NCBI GenBank assembly: GCA_013265495.1
Contig: MU057632.1
Span: 294,054 to 358,053 of the forward strand
Reading direction: 5' to 3'
DNA length: 64,000 nucleotides
Origin: Vicugna vicugna
Lineage: Eukaryota
The notes beneath the pieces were generated by a model. That model ran no database searches, was not told the origin of the DNA, and saw nothing but the letters and a program-made list of their open reading frames with translations. Below are positions 11,374 through 24,814 of the stretch, piece by piece. The translations under genes were made by a program, and so were the position numbers. How positions within the stretch are numbered: the first letter of the stretch is position 1; the number at the start of each line of letters is the position of its first letter.

Positions 11374-13879
11374 AATGTGCCCACATCATGCAATTTAAGT
11401 AAAAAACTGCTTTGTATTTGATAAAGTGATTCATATATTATCACAGATATAACTCTGCACTAAAGAAATTCAGTAACAGTTAACATTAAGGAATGATCTG
11501 AGATTCTTCTCACTGATGGTTACCTCTTATGTCATCCACTGAATATGAGCCTGATGATGTCTGAAGTTCTGATGGGATGTCCTAAATCTCTGATCTTACT
11601 TAATGGAAAATTACCTGTAATGATCAGTGTGGAACTTTTTTTTTTTCTGAATTAGCCTATTTAGGAACACCCAGATATTTAGAAACTATCTAAATAAACG
11701 TCTATTTAGTCTAAATAAACATCTATTTAGAAACTCCCAGGTATTTCTTTAGGTATCTTTGCTTTAAATTTTCTATCTTCTATACTGGAAGCCAATAAAC
11801 CTCCAAGTAGGGGCATGGTGACCTTCAAGGAAAAGTCTTGGCTCTCATCTTGGTTCTAAAGATCTTAGCTCAGGACTAGACTCCAGTGCAGGCTGGCTGT
11901 CTACCCACCCCAGGTGCCATAACTGTCACCTTTCCTTAGCCCCCCAAAAGAAAACAATCTGATGTTGACCAAAACCCACCATTTTCGCTTTGGAAAAATT
12001 TATATTTAGTGCTTTAATGTTCCATCAGCTTGACCAGGAAAACATGTGAAACCTCTTACACACTATCCTCTGGTTTAATCTTCTCTCCAATTTTTGCTCT
12101 TTCTCTGCTGTTACTATTTCTGTTTTATTTCTAAAACCTCATTTAACAAAACACCTCATTTCTCTTCTGTCTGCCCCAAAGCCATTTTCTCTAGAGAACA
12201 CTATTAGTTTTTGTTTGATATTCTCACAACCATTAAATCTTATTACTTGTAACTTTCTCCCTTTCACCTATCTTTTTTCTTTCAAGTGATGTAAAATCTG
12301 TGCCTCTATAGCTTTACCTTTAGTTTGAAAACTTCCCTATTGAAATGTTATAGTTTTAATTTTAAAATATGCACGTGGTTTAAAATATCACAAAGTAAGG
12401 TCTGTTTAAGATTTTTCTCTTTTATATATTCAATTTCATAAGAATATTAAATTATACATATATTTTAAATTGTAGACAATGAGGAATATTCATGAAATTA
12501 GATGCATTTTTTTCAACTTATAAAAAGAATATTGAACATTGGAGTAAAGCACAGGTGGTATATTCAAATTAGCAGATATCGTTAATTTTAAAAAAGAAGA
12601 TAGATTTGTAAGAATTTCCTCAATTCATTAATTCCCTTCCACATCACCAAATTAAATAATCTTTAAAATCATCATATATTAACTTACAGAGGTTTGGTTC
12701 CAAGGCACAAAATTGTTTCTCCACTTCTTTGGTCTCCTGTTTTTGAATAATTCACTAGGGCTTGTTGCATTCGGTGCTATTCAAAAGTCTCTTCAAGTTC
12801 CAAAAAGACTTTCTTAATTTTAGAAAGTCCATATGCTTAGCTTCTGTTGATATATGCTTTCTGGAGACATAGATAAATTGAAATGGATACGGAAAATCTG
12901 CTGTGGACAGAGTATTTCCTTTCACATATTTTTAACTGTCTAGGGAAAAATAAAAGCAAAAAAAATCCGAATTCTTGATGATAGAAATTTTGAACAAATG
13001 TTTATACTAGGTAAAGGAACATGTGGAAGAAAATGTCTTTGCTTGTCACACATTTCTATTAATATTACTGGCTCAGACTGGGCTGTGGTACTTTTGTTTT
13101 CCAGCACAAGAAAATACACACATCTGTCCTGATTGAGGAGGAAGAACCCCTCTGACTCTGTCTCAGTGAGCCAAGGACATAATGGCAGGGAGATGAACAG
13201 CCCGTGGAGGAAGGGTGGAGGGAGGGATGAAGTGGAATTCAGGAGACGAGGACTCAAGCTCTGGTTTCTCGACTGGTGGCTTTGTCCGTCTGAGCCGGTA
13301 GAGGATGAGGATTCTTCATCTGTGCGGATGGAGATGAGGGAGAGAGGACATCACCCTGTAGCGGTAAGATGCAACGTGGGCTCTCAGGAAGGATTAGAAC
13401 TAATATGAAGGCTGATAATTTTCAGGATATGTGTTATTGAAAAGATTAAGTAGAAAGCAATTCAGGAGACCTATCTAAAAATAATACTGTGGCAACGTTC
13501 CTATATATTAAAATTTCAAAGGTCATGATAATTACCTGTCATGGTTCATGGTATGTACTAATCACTTAGAAAAAGAAACAGCCTACATCTTCCGTTGGCG
13601 TCACAGCATGAAGGATAGTTAGAAATAACTAACAGAGAAAGGCACTGCTAAGCCTTTATTCTCTGATGATGTGGGTTTTGAGCACTACGTCTTTTAAGTG
13701 ACCTCCTCCTACTAAAAAAAAGCACCCAAAACTCACTTTTTATGAAAAACTTTTACTTCTTTGCTTAGAACCCTGAACTAATCTATTTTGTACATAAAGG
13801 TTGAAGCTCAGAATCTCTACTCCAAATGAAGTAGAATAATTTAACCTCATTCATCATAAACTGTCTTGAAAGATTTTAT

Positions 13880-15700
13880 TTTTTAATCAAAATACAAAGT
13901 ATAAGATGGTCTGGAATATCATGAGAAAAAAATATATCTCAAAGAAGTAACAAGAATATAGCTCAGAGTGAAATAAACACAAAGGTCTTTTTACTTATAA
14001 AGAAAGAAATATCACAGTCAGTGGATAAGGGAAAGGTTAATAAATTGTTGCAGGACAAATGGCTAGCTATTTGTGAAGAAAAAATAATCTTAAATCTTTG
14101 TCTCACCAGTCACCAAGAAGAAGAAATTTTGTATGTATTGGAGCTAACTGTAAATAATAAACCCCAACACTAAAAAAATACCACCATAAAAATACAAATG
14201 ACCACTATAGAAAGTCAATATGAGGGTACACTTTTAAAAGCATGTACAAAATAACAATGTAGAATGGCCATCATCAGAATGTCTACAAATGATAAATGCT
14301 GGCGAGGATGTGGAGAAAAGGGAACCTTCCTACACTGTTGGTGGGAATGTAATTGGGTGCAACCATTATGGAAAACAGTACAGAGATTCTCAAAAGACTA
14401 AAAACAGAACTACCATATGACCCAGCAATCCCACTCCATGGTTTATATCTGAAAAAAAGAAAACTCTATTTTTAAAAGGTACATGAATTCCAATGTTCAT
14501 AGCAGCACAATTACAATAGCTAAGACATAGAAGCAACCCAAATGTCCATCAACAGATGAATGGATAAAGAAGATGTGGTATATTTATACAATGGAATACT
14601 ACTCAGCCATACAAAAGGAGCATCACCATTTTTAGCAACGTGGAGGGACCTAGAGAGTATTATGCTTAGTGAAACAAGTGAGACAGAGAAAGACAAATAC
14701 TGTATGATATAGCTTATATGTGAAATCTAAAAAATAATACTAATGAATCTATATAAAAAACAGAAACAGACTGACAGACATAGAAACCAAACTTATGGTT
14801 ATCAAAGGGGAGTTGGGGGTGATAAATTAGGAGTATGAGATTAATGGATACAAACTATTATACATAAAATAGACAAGCAACAAGGATTTATTGTACAGCA
14901 CAGGGAATTATACTCAATGTCTTGTAGTAACCTGTAATGAAACAGAATCTGCAAAACCCCCAAATCACTATGCTGTACACCTGAAACTACCAAAATATTA
15001 TAAATCAGCTACACTTCAATAAAAAAGTTAAATTTCTGTGTGATCCAGAAAAATACACTGAAATAAAAAACACAGATCACAATCTGGTCAGAAAATGTAT
15101 AGTACTGTCAACAATATGTGACAGTCGTAGACTACAAAAGTCCTTCAGATCTTTAAGAAAAACATGATCCCCGTTAGTTAAGAGGCAGTAACACAAATAG
15201 GAAACTTACCAAGAAGGAAAAATTATAGGTAAATGAGTTTGACTCCACTAGTAATCAAAGGGATGTAAATTAAGAAAAATAATGTACTTTATTGTCAAAA
15301 TAATAAAACACGATAAACAATTGTACACACTGCAGGACACGCGTAAGGAGTACATGTCTGTTCTCAAAGTAATTTGGATATATGTATCATGTGTCTCAAA
15401 AATACTCATGCTGCTTGACCCAGTAACTTACTGTTATGAGTATATCCTCAGCAAATAATTGGAGTTAAGGAAAAGCTTTATGCACAACAATATTCATTTC
15501 AATATTATGCATAAGAGAAAAAGAATCTTAAGTGCATCAAGGATGATGGTTACTGAGAAGTGTTGGTACATGTTAAGTTGAAATAGTATGTGGTCATTAA
15601 CAGTGACTTTTGAGAAAAACACAAAATATCAGGAGAAAATGCTTTTGTTATAATGTAAGTAAAAAATCAGGACATGAAATTATCTGATCAGTAATACATA
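13880..15700 (+). mobile_element. Old L1M(E) ORF2/3' fragment, interrupted by a younger L1
   Basis: Degenerate L1 ORF2 motifs ('aataaattgttgcaggacaaatggctagctattt', 'cactagtaatcaaagggatgtaaattaa', 'ttgacccagtaact') on both sides of 14260-15025. Confidence 0.65.
14260..15025 (+). mobile_element. L1 3' end (ORF2 C-terminus plus 3'UTR)
   Basis: 'agaatggccatcatc..aaatgctggcgaggatgtggagaaaagggaacc..acttcaataaaaaa'. Confidence 0.93.
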
Positions 15701-15982
15701 CATAAGCAGACAGACATTTTCCTTCATTGGCATTGTTCATTAACAAGCAAAAACACACTTTGCACACTTATTAAATAGCAAATTGCTAGTACCTTCAAAA
15801 TTTATCATTGAAGATGAACAAAATATTCCAGGAAAATATTCTTACATAGCACTACATTGGTAGTGTGGTCAGCAGAGAGGAAGTGTACATTTTTGAAGTG
15901 TAGAGGGGACAGACAGAGCCTCATTTTTAAAGTAAGGGTGTTATTAGGTAAAAATATTTCTTAAGAAGTTCACTTAATCCTT

Positions 15983-16105
15983 TTGTGTGAGTGTGAGGTA
16001 ATTAGGTTTACTTATTTAGTTTTTTTAATGGAGGCACTGGGGATTGAACCCAGGACCTTGTGCATGCTAAGCACACACTCTACCACTGAGCTATACCCAC
16101 TCCCC
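15983..16105 (-). mobile_element. Vic-1-like SINE
   Basis: tRNA-Ala-like head at 16029-16100, tail, imperfect TSD caYttaatc. Confidence 0.92.
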
Positions 16106-16494
16106 TCATTTAATCTTGAAATTAGTCCTTAGGAAGGTTTCCACTCACTGCCTCCACCCGCCAACAGAGCCATGAACTTTAGACCGTGGACCTCCTCTCT
16201 TTTCCAGGGCCTGTCCAGATGCAGTCCCGCTGGATCTCAGCCATGTGGTATCTCCTCTCTCCCTCTTTTCCTCTTCTTCTTCTACCTCTTTCTTCTCTTG
16301 GTTCTATTTGTGTCGGACTCCACAACCCTGATTATGGTTCACGGCCTTTACTGTTTACCAGATATTTTCATATGCATTATTCTCTTAGTTAATCAAGAAA
16401 AAAGAAACTGACAGTTTCAGCTCTGACTGGCCCTCATTTTCTTATAAAAACTTCATTAATTCCCATCACAGGTGCAGTGAAATTCCAATTCTTT

Positions 16495-16618
16495 TCTTTT
16501 TTTAAAAAATCATTCTGGGTGATTTTTTTTTTTTTTTGTAACGGCGGTACTGGGGGTTGAACCCAGGACCTCATGCGTGCTAGGCATGTGCTCCACCACT
16601 GAGCTATTTCCCTCCCCC
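16495..16618 (-). mobile_element. Vic-1-like SINE (short-tail form)
   Basis: tRNA-like head plus T-tract; TSD tgaaattccaRttcttt at 16478-16494 and 16619-16635. Confidence 0.9.
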
Positions 16619-17073
16619 TGAAATTCCAGTTCTTTCCCCTATTATTTTAGGTCCCAAAGGGAGCCAATCTCACTCTTTCACCCTCTTATTCTTCTCCTGG
16701 ATATTCTGATCTCCTCATCATGACCCAAATATGTCCTGCTTCCTACATTGGATGTCTTATTCTGGCTTTCCATTTTGCTCGGAATGATGTTTCTAAGATG
16801 CCTGTCGTACCAGAATATGAGAGTTAAGAATGTACTGGGGAGAAAAAAAGGACTCTGAGGATTACTCAGCAACGGAATACCAAAGGAAACTTCCTTTGGA
16901 GTGGTTCCTAAATCCTTGAGTTTCCTATACATTTTTGAGAGGTCACTGAGTGACCACCCCACAGCTGAGCGTACCAGTGAGTACTGGGGGGAGGCGTGCG
17001 TAAGAATTCTAGCAGCATCACTTTTTACCACTTGGGGGAGAGTTCAGGGAATTTCGGGCACTCACAACTTCAA

Positions 17074-17178
17074 CTGACCATAATTTAGCATTCAGACTAG
17101 TACACGGAGAACAGAAGTGGGAGCTATTAAAAATTACACCAGGATAACAAGTGAAAAGCAGAACAGTTTTGGACAAAC
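17074..17178 (+). mobile_element. MER81-like hAT-Blackjack element
   Basis: 'tgaccataatttagcattcagact..gctattaaaaattacaccaggataacaag' resembles the MER81 consensus. Confidence 0.6.
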
Positions 17179-17275
17179 TTTTACTGCCTCTTACTGTGCA
17201 TTTGTTAAAATGTGGGCTCTTGGATTTCTGACCTTCTGAGTATGTCTCAGAATCTGCATTTTAAAAAGGCTCCTT

Positions 17276-17598
17276 AAAAGACACAAATGAACTTATTTAC
17301 AAAACAGAAACACATTCACAGACATAGAAAACAAACTTACGGTTACGGGGGGGGGGGAAGAAGGGGGAAGACATAAATTAGGAGTTTGAGATTTGCAGAT
17401 ACACACTACTATATATAAAACAGATAAACAACAAGGTCCTACTGTCTAGCACAGGGAACTATATTCAATACCTTGTAGTAACTATGATGAAAAAGAATAT
17501 GAAAAGGAATGTAAGTATGTATATGTATGACTGGAACATTACGCTGTACACTGGACATTGACACAGCAATGTAAACCTACTATACTTCAATAAAGAGA
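17276..17598 (+). mobile_element. L1 3' end inserted in a MER5-like remnant (~17200-17640)
   Basis: Sense L1 3'UTR; TSD aaaaaggctcctt at 17263-17275 and 17599-17611; flank 'gaatctgcattttaa' is MER5A-like. Confidence 0.9.
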
Positions 17599-18659
17599 AA
17601 AAAGGCTCCTTGGTTGGTTATTAATGGAACCACTACTCTAAAAAATTGCTTTCAGTACCTAGGTATTTCTTTGTGGTTCTCTTCAAGAATCTCCCTCTAC
17701 CATATAGTGAAGCTGATTATCTACACATTTTACTGAGTAAGTACTGTATATAGGGTGCTTTTGGGGTACAGAACACATACAAAGTTAAAACTTGCTTTCT
17801 GTCTGACATTTCCAACAATGCCTTTATACCTACCACTGGTATACAATTTAAAAATCTGACTTAAACACTGTAATTATAGAAGAGTTGTTTCCTACTATTT
17901 TTCAGGGCAGTTATATGACATTTCATTTACACGTGATCTCTTTTACAAATTCTTATTGGGTACATAACTGCAGCTTACAAATAATCTTGCTACAATTTAA
18001 TAGACTTGCTAAGAAACTTGGAGTTCAACTCACGTCTATATTGAGACCATTCAGTTTTGTAATTCTCAAGCACATTGTTTTAAAATAAAAGACAATTTTC
18101 TGCAATGGCCAGCCCTTCTGGAGTTTAGAATTTGTCCAGCTCAACTAGTAAAGATTTTACTGAATTTTCCAGTAAGTGAGCTTGAAAGTAGCTTTTCTTG
18201 AGTAGATAGAAAAACCTTCTGAGTTGTAACACTATAAATCCTTTGAGAATTATCAGATTGTTTTGGATGTAAGAAAAAAAGCCTTTGAAGTCCTTTTTCT
18301 GTTCTTTAAAAAGACTGACAGTTTCAACAGACAGAGTTAAACATTAACTAAACGCATTAGGCCTATTACGGGTAGGTTATAAATATATCATCAGTGGTTG
18401 AGTAACATGTAAATTGCATTATACTCTACATGTAATGGGTAATTCAAAGGTATCAGTTAATGTCCCTCCATCACTGATAGTCTTTGGTGGTGTGCTCTCT
18501 TGCAGAATCCTTTATGACTTGCATGCTGTCTCTTTCCCCTTCAGAGGATCCCCCTCCCCCTCCCTCACACAATAATGGCATGCTCTGAATTGTTCATCAG
18601 AAGGACTGGCAGTGCTTCCATCATCTTGCATCCTAGCTGAACTTTGAGTAGCATATCCA

Positions 18660-18785
18660 GTACTGGTTCTTGACCGGGGACATATGGACCCTAGACCCCA
18701 CCCTAAACCTACTGCTGCATCAGCAGGTCTGGTTCTGAGGCCTGTGTGTGTGTGTTCTCATGGGCATCCCAGGTGACAAGCACTG
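18660..18785. mobile_element. MER5-like hAT-Charlie remnant
   Basis: 'ggttcttgacc..ccccaccctaaacctactg..catcccaggtga'. Confidence 0.45.
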
Positions 18786-19021
18786 TCTGCCCGTCTTCAT
18801 TAAGAAGGGAACTGCCAATTGCTACATGTGCTTCTTACCGGACAATACCTGATTGCTTTAGAGTTTGGGCTTTGGTTTCCGGGGGAAAGATCCAATTCAA
18901 ATCCCTGTCTGAACACATGATAGTTGTGTGACCATGTTATTTACTCTCTGAGATTAACTGCTACTCTAAGGCTATCACACCGAAGTCAAAATCTTATTTT
19001 TGATCATCAAAATAAGACAAC

Positions 19022-19102
19022 CAGTTGCATCGCTTAGCTGTACACATGAAACTAACATTGTAAATCGATTATACTTCAATAAAAAGTAAGAATTAAAAGA
19101 AC
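19022..19102 (+). mobile_element. Very short L1 3' tip
   Basis: 'gctgtacacatgaaactaacattgtaaatcgattatacttcaataaaaa'; 14-bp TSD caaaataagacaac at 19008-19021 and 19103-19116. Confidence 0.88.
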
Positions 19103-19780
19103 CAAAATAAGACAACTGACGTAAAGTATCTGAATTTCCTTTGATGGAAAATAAATTGCTTCTTTAGCTCTAAAAGGAATGATTTCATATGAATAATAGT
19201 CTTTATACAATATCCTTTTGCTAGTTTTCACTTCATCTGACAGATCTGACAGCCTCCATGAAGAATCATAAAAATAATCAGCCTTAACCCAGAGGAACTG
19301 TCAACCAAGACAGAGCTGGAGGGAAATTCATTTTCACCATCTCTTAATATTTGCTTTATGAAGAAATTCATTTTTTGGTCCTTTATTGCTTTCAGAATAA
19401 GAACTTGAGACATTATCTCTTGGGATAATTTGCATATCATTTCTAACAAAGATGTTAAGACCATCTATCAAAGCTCAGCACCACTCAAGTTGCTGAAAAG
19501 TCACCAAATTACTCCAGAGGTGACAGTGACAGCTGTTGGGTTCAGTGCTAGCAGAGAAACAGGAAAACATCCAGGCATTGCATAACTCTGTGTATTCATG
19601 GCTGTTTTCTAAGTCACTTCCTCTTTAAATGTAATTTATCAAGCCCATGGGAGAGGTAGGGGTGTGTATAATATCTGTGTATAATATCTGTTTCCTAGGA
19701 AACATCAAAGGTAAAATTCCAAGTGTCAGACTAATTGCCTTGACTCATTTGAATCAAAAGAGAAGATAATGTTAAGGGAC

Positions 19781-20183
19781 CCTGCTTCTGCCTGGAACAC
19801 TCTTCCTTCAGATATCTGCATGCCTTACTTCTTTGGGGCTTCAGAATCTTCCTTTTTAGGAAGACTCCCCACTGTGACCACCTACTTAAAATTGTACTCC
19901 CTTCTTTTCTCAGGCACTCTCCGACCCTCTACCTTTTAAAACTTTCCACAATACTTATCACTTTCTGTCGTCCTTTATAAGTTACTTACAGATTATGTTC
20001 ATTGTCTATATCCTCCCCCAAACACATAAATACCACACACAGACACATAGAATGTGGGCTCCAGGAAGGCAGGGACTTTTCTCCTTTTCCCCACTGCTGC
20101 ATTCCCAATGCTTACAAAAGGGTGCCTTGCAGTGGTAGTTTGCCCAATAAATACTGAATGATGGGTGACAGATGGGTGAATGA
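19781..20183 (+). mobile_element. L2a 3' end
   Basis: 'ctgcctggaacactcttcc..agaatgtgggctccaggaaggcagggactt..caataaatactgaatga'. Confidence 0.85.
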
Positions 20184-20614
20184 AGAACTATCCAGGAATG
20201 CAATGTGGCAGGAAAGTAGGGCATCCCTACAACTGGCCAAATGATGGATAGGCACCAAAATTAGGTTGAGCAGGAAACTGTTATCATCTGGCATACCTGA
20301 AAGAACTAAGCCCACACTATGTGGACCGACAGTTTGGTGTTGGGGTTGCTGTCACTGCTTCATCATCTCCTGATCCTGAGACCAGAAGCACATAGTTTAT
20401 CACAGACCCAGTCTGGACTATCAACACCTGGGATCTTGCCAGTCCCAGCACAGATATCATCTTTCCTTCTTCCCTGAAGCCTTCTCTGAATTTCCCAGGA
20501 TGCACTGTTACCCTTTACTTCTTAGCATCCTGGATTTGTCAATTTCTTCTTATAGTCCTGACAATTTTTAATGTTTAATTTTATGCATGAACCCTCCACA
20601 GTGTTTCCTGTTTT

Positions 20615-22300
20615 AAAATGTATTTTGTCTGCCTTCAGTGTAACTATACCAACTTCCTTCTGGTTAGTTTTCTTGGTATTTATCTTCTCATAATTTTATT
20701 TTCTGTGTTATTTTTGAAGTGGGCTTCTTATAATCATAACATAGTTAGCTTTTAAAAAATCTGTCAATCTTTGTCTTTTAATTTGAGTATTTAGTTTATT
20801 TTCACTTATTAGGTTAGCAGTATACTGGTGCTTTTTTCTAATTTTTCTCTTTTCAGTCATTTTGAATTAATCAGATTATTTTTCTTACCTCAGTTTTCCT
20901 GTCTACTAGTTTTGGAATTCTACTTTTGAATTCTATTGCTTTAGTGCTTACTTTAATTTCTAATATACATATTTAACTTAACATTTAAATTTAATCAATA
21001 TACTTACCCTCTTTTGGAATAATACAAGCAACTTTGAACACCTTAACTCTGATTAGCACCACCACCACTACCAATTGCTATGCTGTTGCCTAGGTTTTTT
21101 AGCTGTTTTATTTGATGTGCAAATTAAATACTATTTTCAATCATTTACAGTCAATGTTTGTTTAGGTTTACCTGTGTTTACTCTTCTGTGCTCACCATTC
21201 TTTATTGTGTCTTCTGTATTCTACAGTTTGTCTATGATGTGTATGGTCTTCTTTGTATTAATCCACTTTGTTTGGGGTAAACATGGCCACTTAAATCAGA
21301 AAGTTGGCATCTTTCTCTAATTCTAGAAATTTCTCAACAATCATGTTCTAGAATTTTGCCTCTTCCCCATATTCTTTACTCTAGAATTCTCATGAAATGT
21401 ACCTCTTAACCCTTCTTTCTAATTTTTTCAAACTTTTCCCCCTTTCTATTGCCTTCTGGGTGATTTCTTCATATTTATTTTCTACTTCACTAATTCTCTC
21501 CTCAGCTGTGTCTAAAATGCTATCTAATGTTTATTACACACACTCACATGCAGACACACGTATATATCCAGAAATTCTGTTGGTTATCTTTAATATTCCT
21601 TAGTCATATTTGTGGAATTTTATTTCTTTAAACAGATTTATATGCCTGTTGTGTATTTTGAAAGAGCAAAAAAATACAGTATCTGCAATCTTTGAGGGTT
21701 TAATTGGTATTGTTTCTTTTTCCTAACTGATGTTAGCTCAGTTCACTGGTTATATAATGTGAGAATTCCTGGAGTCCTGGGTTAAGGTATACTCCTCTAG
21801 AGAGGATTTTCTTTTGGTTATGTCAGGTATAAACTCAGGCTTTGGAAGAAGACAAAAGTGATGTGACATGAAGTCCACACTTCCTGTAAGAGCTGGCTTA
21901 TAGTCCCTAGTGGAGACTTTTTCCTCCCTAGAGTGAGAGCCATTGCTGAAACATTAATTTATTTAGTCTATCACTTTGCAGAGCAGTTCTCCCACCCTAT
22001 TTTACTTTCTTTGTGGTGGTTATCCTTACACAGTTTTTGCTTTACTTGGGACACTCTCACTAACCCCGAAGATTTGCCTCCTTTCCCCTGTGTGTGTGAT
22101 CTACGCTCTGGGCCACTAAGTGCTGGCAGAAGCCCTTGGCTGGTGCTAACTGATTTCTCTCTGGATTCATGATTTCTCCTTGATTTTGGCCTTTGAGGTG
22201 CTCTCCTACTTTCTTGCCAGTTCAGCTATGCACTTTGTAGGTGACGTTTTAAGAGAGATTTGCAGGGTACTTATTCCATCATACTGTTAGAAAGGCAAGT
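20615..22300 (-). mobile_element. Old L1M(E) 5'/ORF1 region
   Basis: Very T-rich antisense L1 text ('ctataccaacttccttctggttag', 'aatctttgtcttttaatttgagtatttag', 'cactaattctctcctcagctgtgtctaa'). Confidence 0.75.
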
Positions 22301-22544
22301 ACTTCTTTCAGTAGTCTGAATTACCCACTTGATAACACTGAGTACATTCTTTTGTAAACTTCAGTTCAACAATTTATCTCTCTCAGTTAATTGCGCTTAT
22401 CCTGGGGGTAGGAACAGTTTCTTTCCATGTACTAATTTATTCAGCCAGTAAATATTAATTCAATTTGTGTTATTAATTCTACACTTAAGTACTGAGTTGT
22501 TGTATGTACAAAGGTGGTCTAAATTGAAATGGTGCGACAATTTA

Positions 22545-22737
22545 AAAATAATAAGTGCTAATCTTTTTCGAATCATTTCTAGTTCAACAAATGACCAGTT
22601 GTTCTGATAACTGCTTTATATTTATTATTGCATATTAATCTTCACAATGACCCTGAGAGTTTGCTATTATTGTTATTTCACTCTAAAGATGAGAAAACTG
22701 AGGATGAGAAGTGTCTTGTACATGGTAAGAGAAGAGT
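22545..22737 (-). mobile_element. MIR SINE
   Basis: 'taatcttcacaatgaccctgagag..attattgttatttcactctaaagatgagaaaactgagg'. Confidence 0.75.
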
Positions 22738-23984
22738 GTGCTAAATATTATGATAAACTGGCCATGACATAATTTAAAAATTTTAAAACCATCTCCTTCT
22801 ATTGAATTATTTTAATGGTTGCTTGTTGCTGGAGACTCAACATTACACACAGTTTCAGAGATTCCCTTGAACTAATGTAAAGGAAAGTGAGGAGGCATCT
22901 TTGAGGATGGACCCAGTCACAGGCTCTACACTGTACCCTGGATCAAAGAGTAAGTAACGTCAGGCAAGAACATTGTTCCGATCATAACATGAAATCTTTT
23001 GCTAAAAGAATTCGAACCTTGATTATTTTACATGTATCAGAATTTTTAACTGAGTCATATCTTTGAACACCTACTTGACGTGGCAGAGATTTATCTCATC
23101 ACATAAATTCCAAGAGAATGGAGACATGTATATGCCCTGAATGCCACATATTTGTAGTATTCATCACACAATGACAGAAGGTTGCTATGTGATATGTAGT
23201 TGCCTGTGATTTTATAAACCACATTCTTTCAGCTTCATTTGTGTTTGACATTTTAAGTCCCCCTCCCCCCTCAACTCCTCTTAATCTCACTTTCGGTTCC
23301 AACCTCTGGTGTCCTTTGTTCTCTCCACTTTCTGATGATTCCTGGTCCCTCTTATCCTCACTCGTGCCTGCTGTGGGATGAGTTGCAGCAGGAGAACTTC
23401 CTGCAGGTAGCAATGGGACCTCTTCTGTTCCATTTTCCTGCACTCTGGGCCTCTGTGCCTACATAGTGCTCCCTTTCTGACGTTATCATTCCCGATTGCT
23501 TGCAAATGCTCTATTCTGATGACTTTTTTCCCTTCCGAGTCAGCCCCATCCCAAGTGTATCTGTTTCAGATTGGGTTCTTTCTTCTTTTCTTTTTCTCCC
23601 TTTTACTAAACACTTTAAAAAGTTTTGGCTCTGAATTTTCAAGAGAAGTCTATAAAACCCAACAACGGATGCTTCAGGGATTTTTTAATAGCACATGAGC
23701 TCAGCAGCAAAAGTAGTCTTTTCAGGATTTTTTTCATGTTATAATTTCTCACTTTGTTTTAAAAAGACAGTGCACCCAGAAAAAAACACATTGTTCATTC
23801 TAGAACAGAGCCATCAACTGTTCCAGAAGGAAACCATGGTATAAGTAAAAAAGATGAAAACTGTGAAAGAGGAAAAATCATCTTGTTGAACATTTTGAGA
23901 AGTGTAGAGAACATAGGTGCTATTCTCCTTTTCTTTTTTTTAAACTTCTTTAAAATTAAAAAAAATATTTTGAGTTTTGTTTTG

Positions 23985-24108
23985 TCTGATTTTGTTTTGG
24001 GGGGAGGTAATTAGGTTTATTTATTTATTTTACTGGAGGTACTGGGGATTGAATCCAGGATCTCATGCATGCTAAGCATGCTCTCTACCACTGAGCTATA
24101 CCCACCCC
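23985..24108 (-). mobile_element. Vic-1-like SINE
   Basis: tRNA-Ala-like head plus 'ggggaggtaattaggtttattt' tail. Confidence 0.92.
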
Positions 24109-24775
24109 TCTCTTATTTCCTAATCGGACACAACCACCTGGCATACCTGGAGGGTAGAGAAGAAAGATGGCAAGCCCTAAGCTCACAGCTGCTGGAAATC
24201 TCACAGAACAGTGGGTTCTTAATGGATCTTAGGCCTGTGATTAATTACACACCAACAACTGCATGAGTCATGACCTGTGAGTCACAATAAAGCTCAATCT
24301 AAGTCAAGTTGAAAATAAAATATAGATCTATTTTTCCCACATAAAAAAACATAAAAGTGGTTTCCAACATGAATGATCACAGAGCCCCTACAACCATGTC
24401 CACTGCTGTCAAAACTCCCCTCAATTCTTCAGAAAAACAGATTACAATCCACACAAACACAACAGAATTCCAAGAAATGAATTAAACCATCTCTAGAACG
24501 TGTGCAATGTACGTTGATAAGGAGAGAACCAATGGCATAGGAATATTATGCCCAATGTGCATGATTATTCCAAAACTCTCAATAGTGAAATTGAAAAGTA
24601 CTGATCTTTAGAAAAATGAATATGTGAAAATTAAAGACAAGTCACGTACAAGAATCAACATTCCTGAGGATTAAAATCTGATTCTTTTAACAACTTTACA
24701 CAGTATCAGTGCCCTTTGTTTTCCATGAAGACATTAACATTAAGTTCTTTCATTTCACTCCACAACATGTGGTGG

Positions 24776-24776
<1 letters not shown>

Positions 24777-24810
<34 letters not shown>
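24777..24810. repeat. Poly(T) tract
   Basis: Uninterrupted T run of ~34 nt. Confidence 0.9.

Positions 24811-24814
<4 letters not shown>

Noticed and set aside
11550..11575. C/D-box-like tgatga...ctga
   Set aside because: Boxes are too close together and there is no terminal stem, so it is not a snoRNA.
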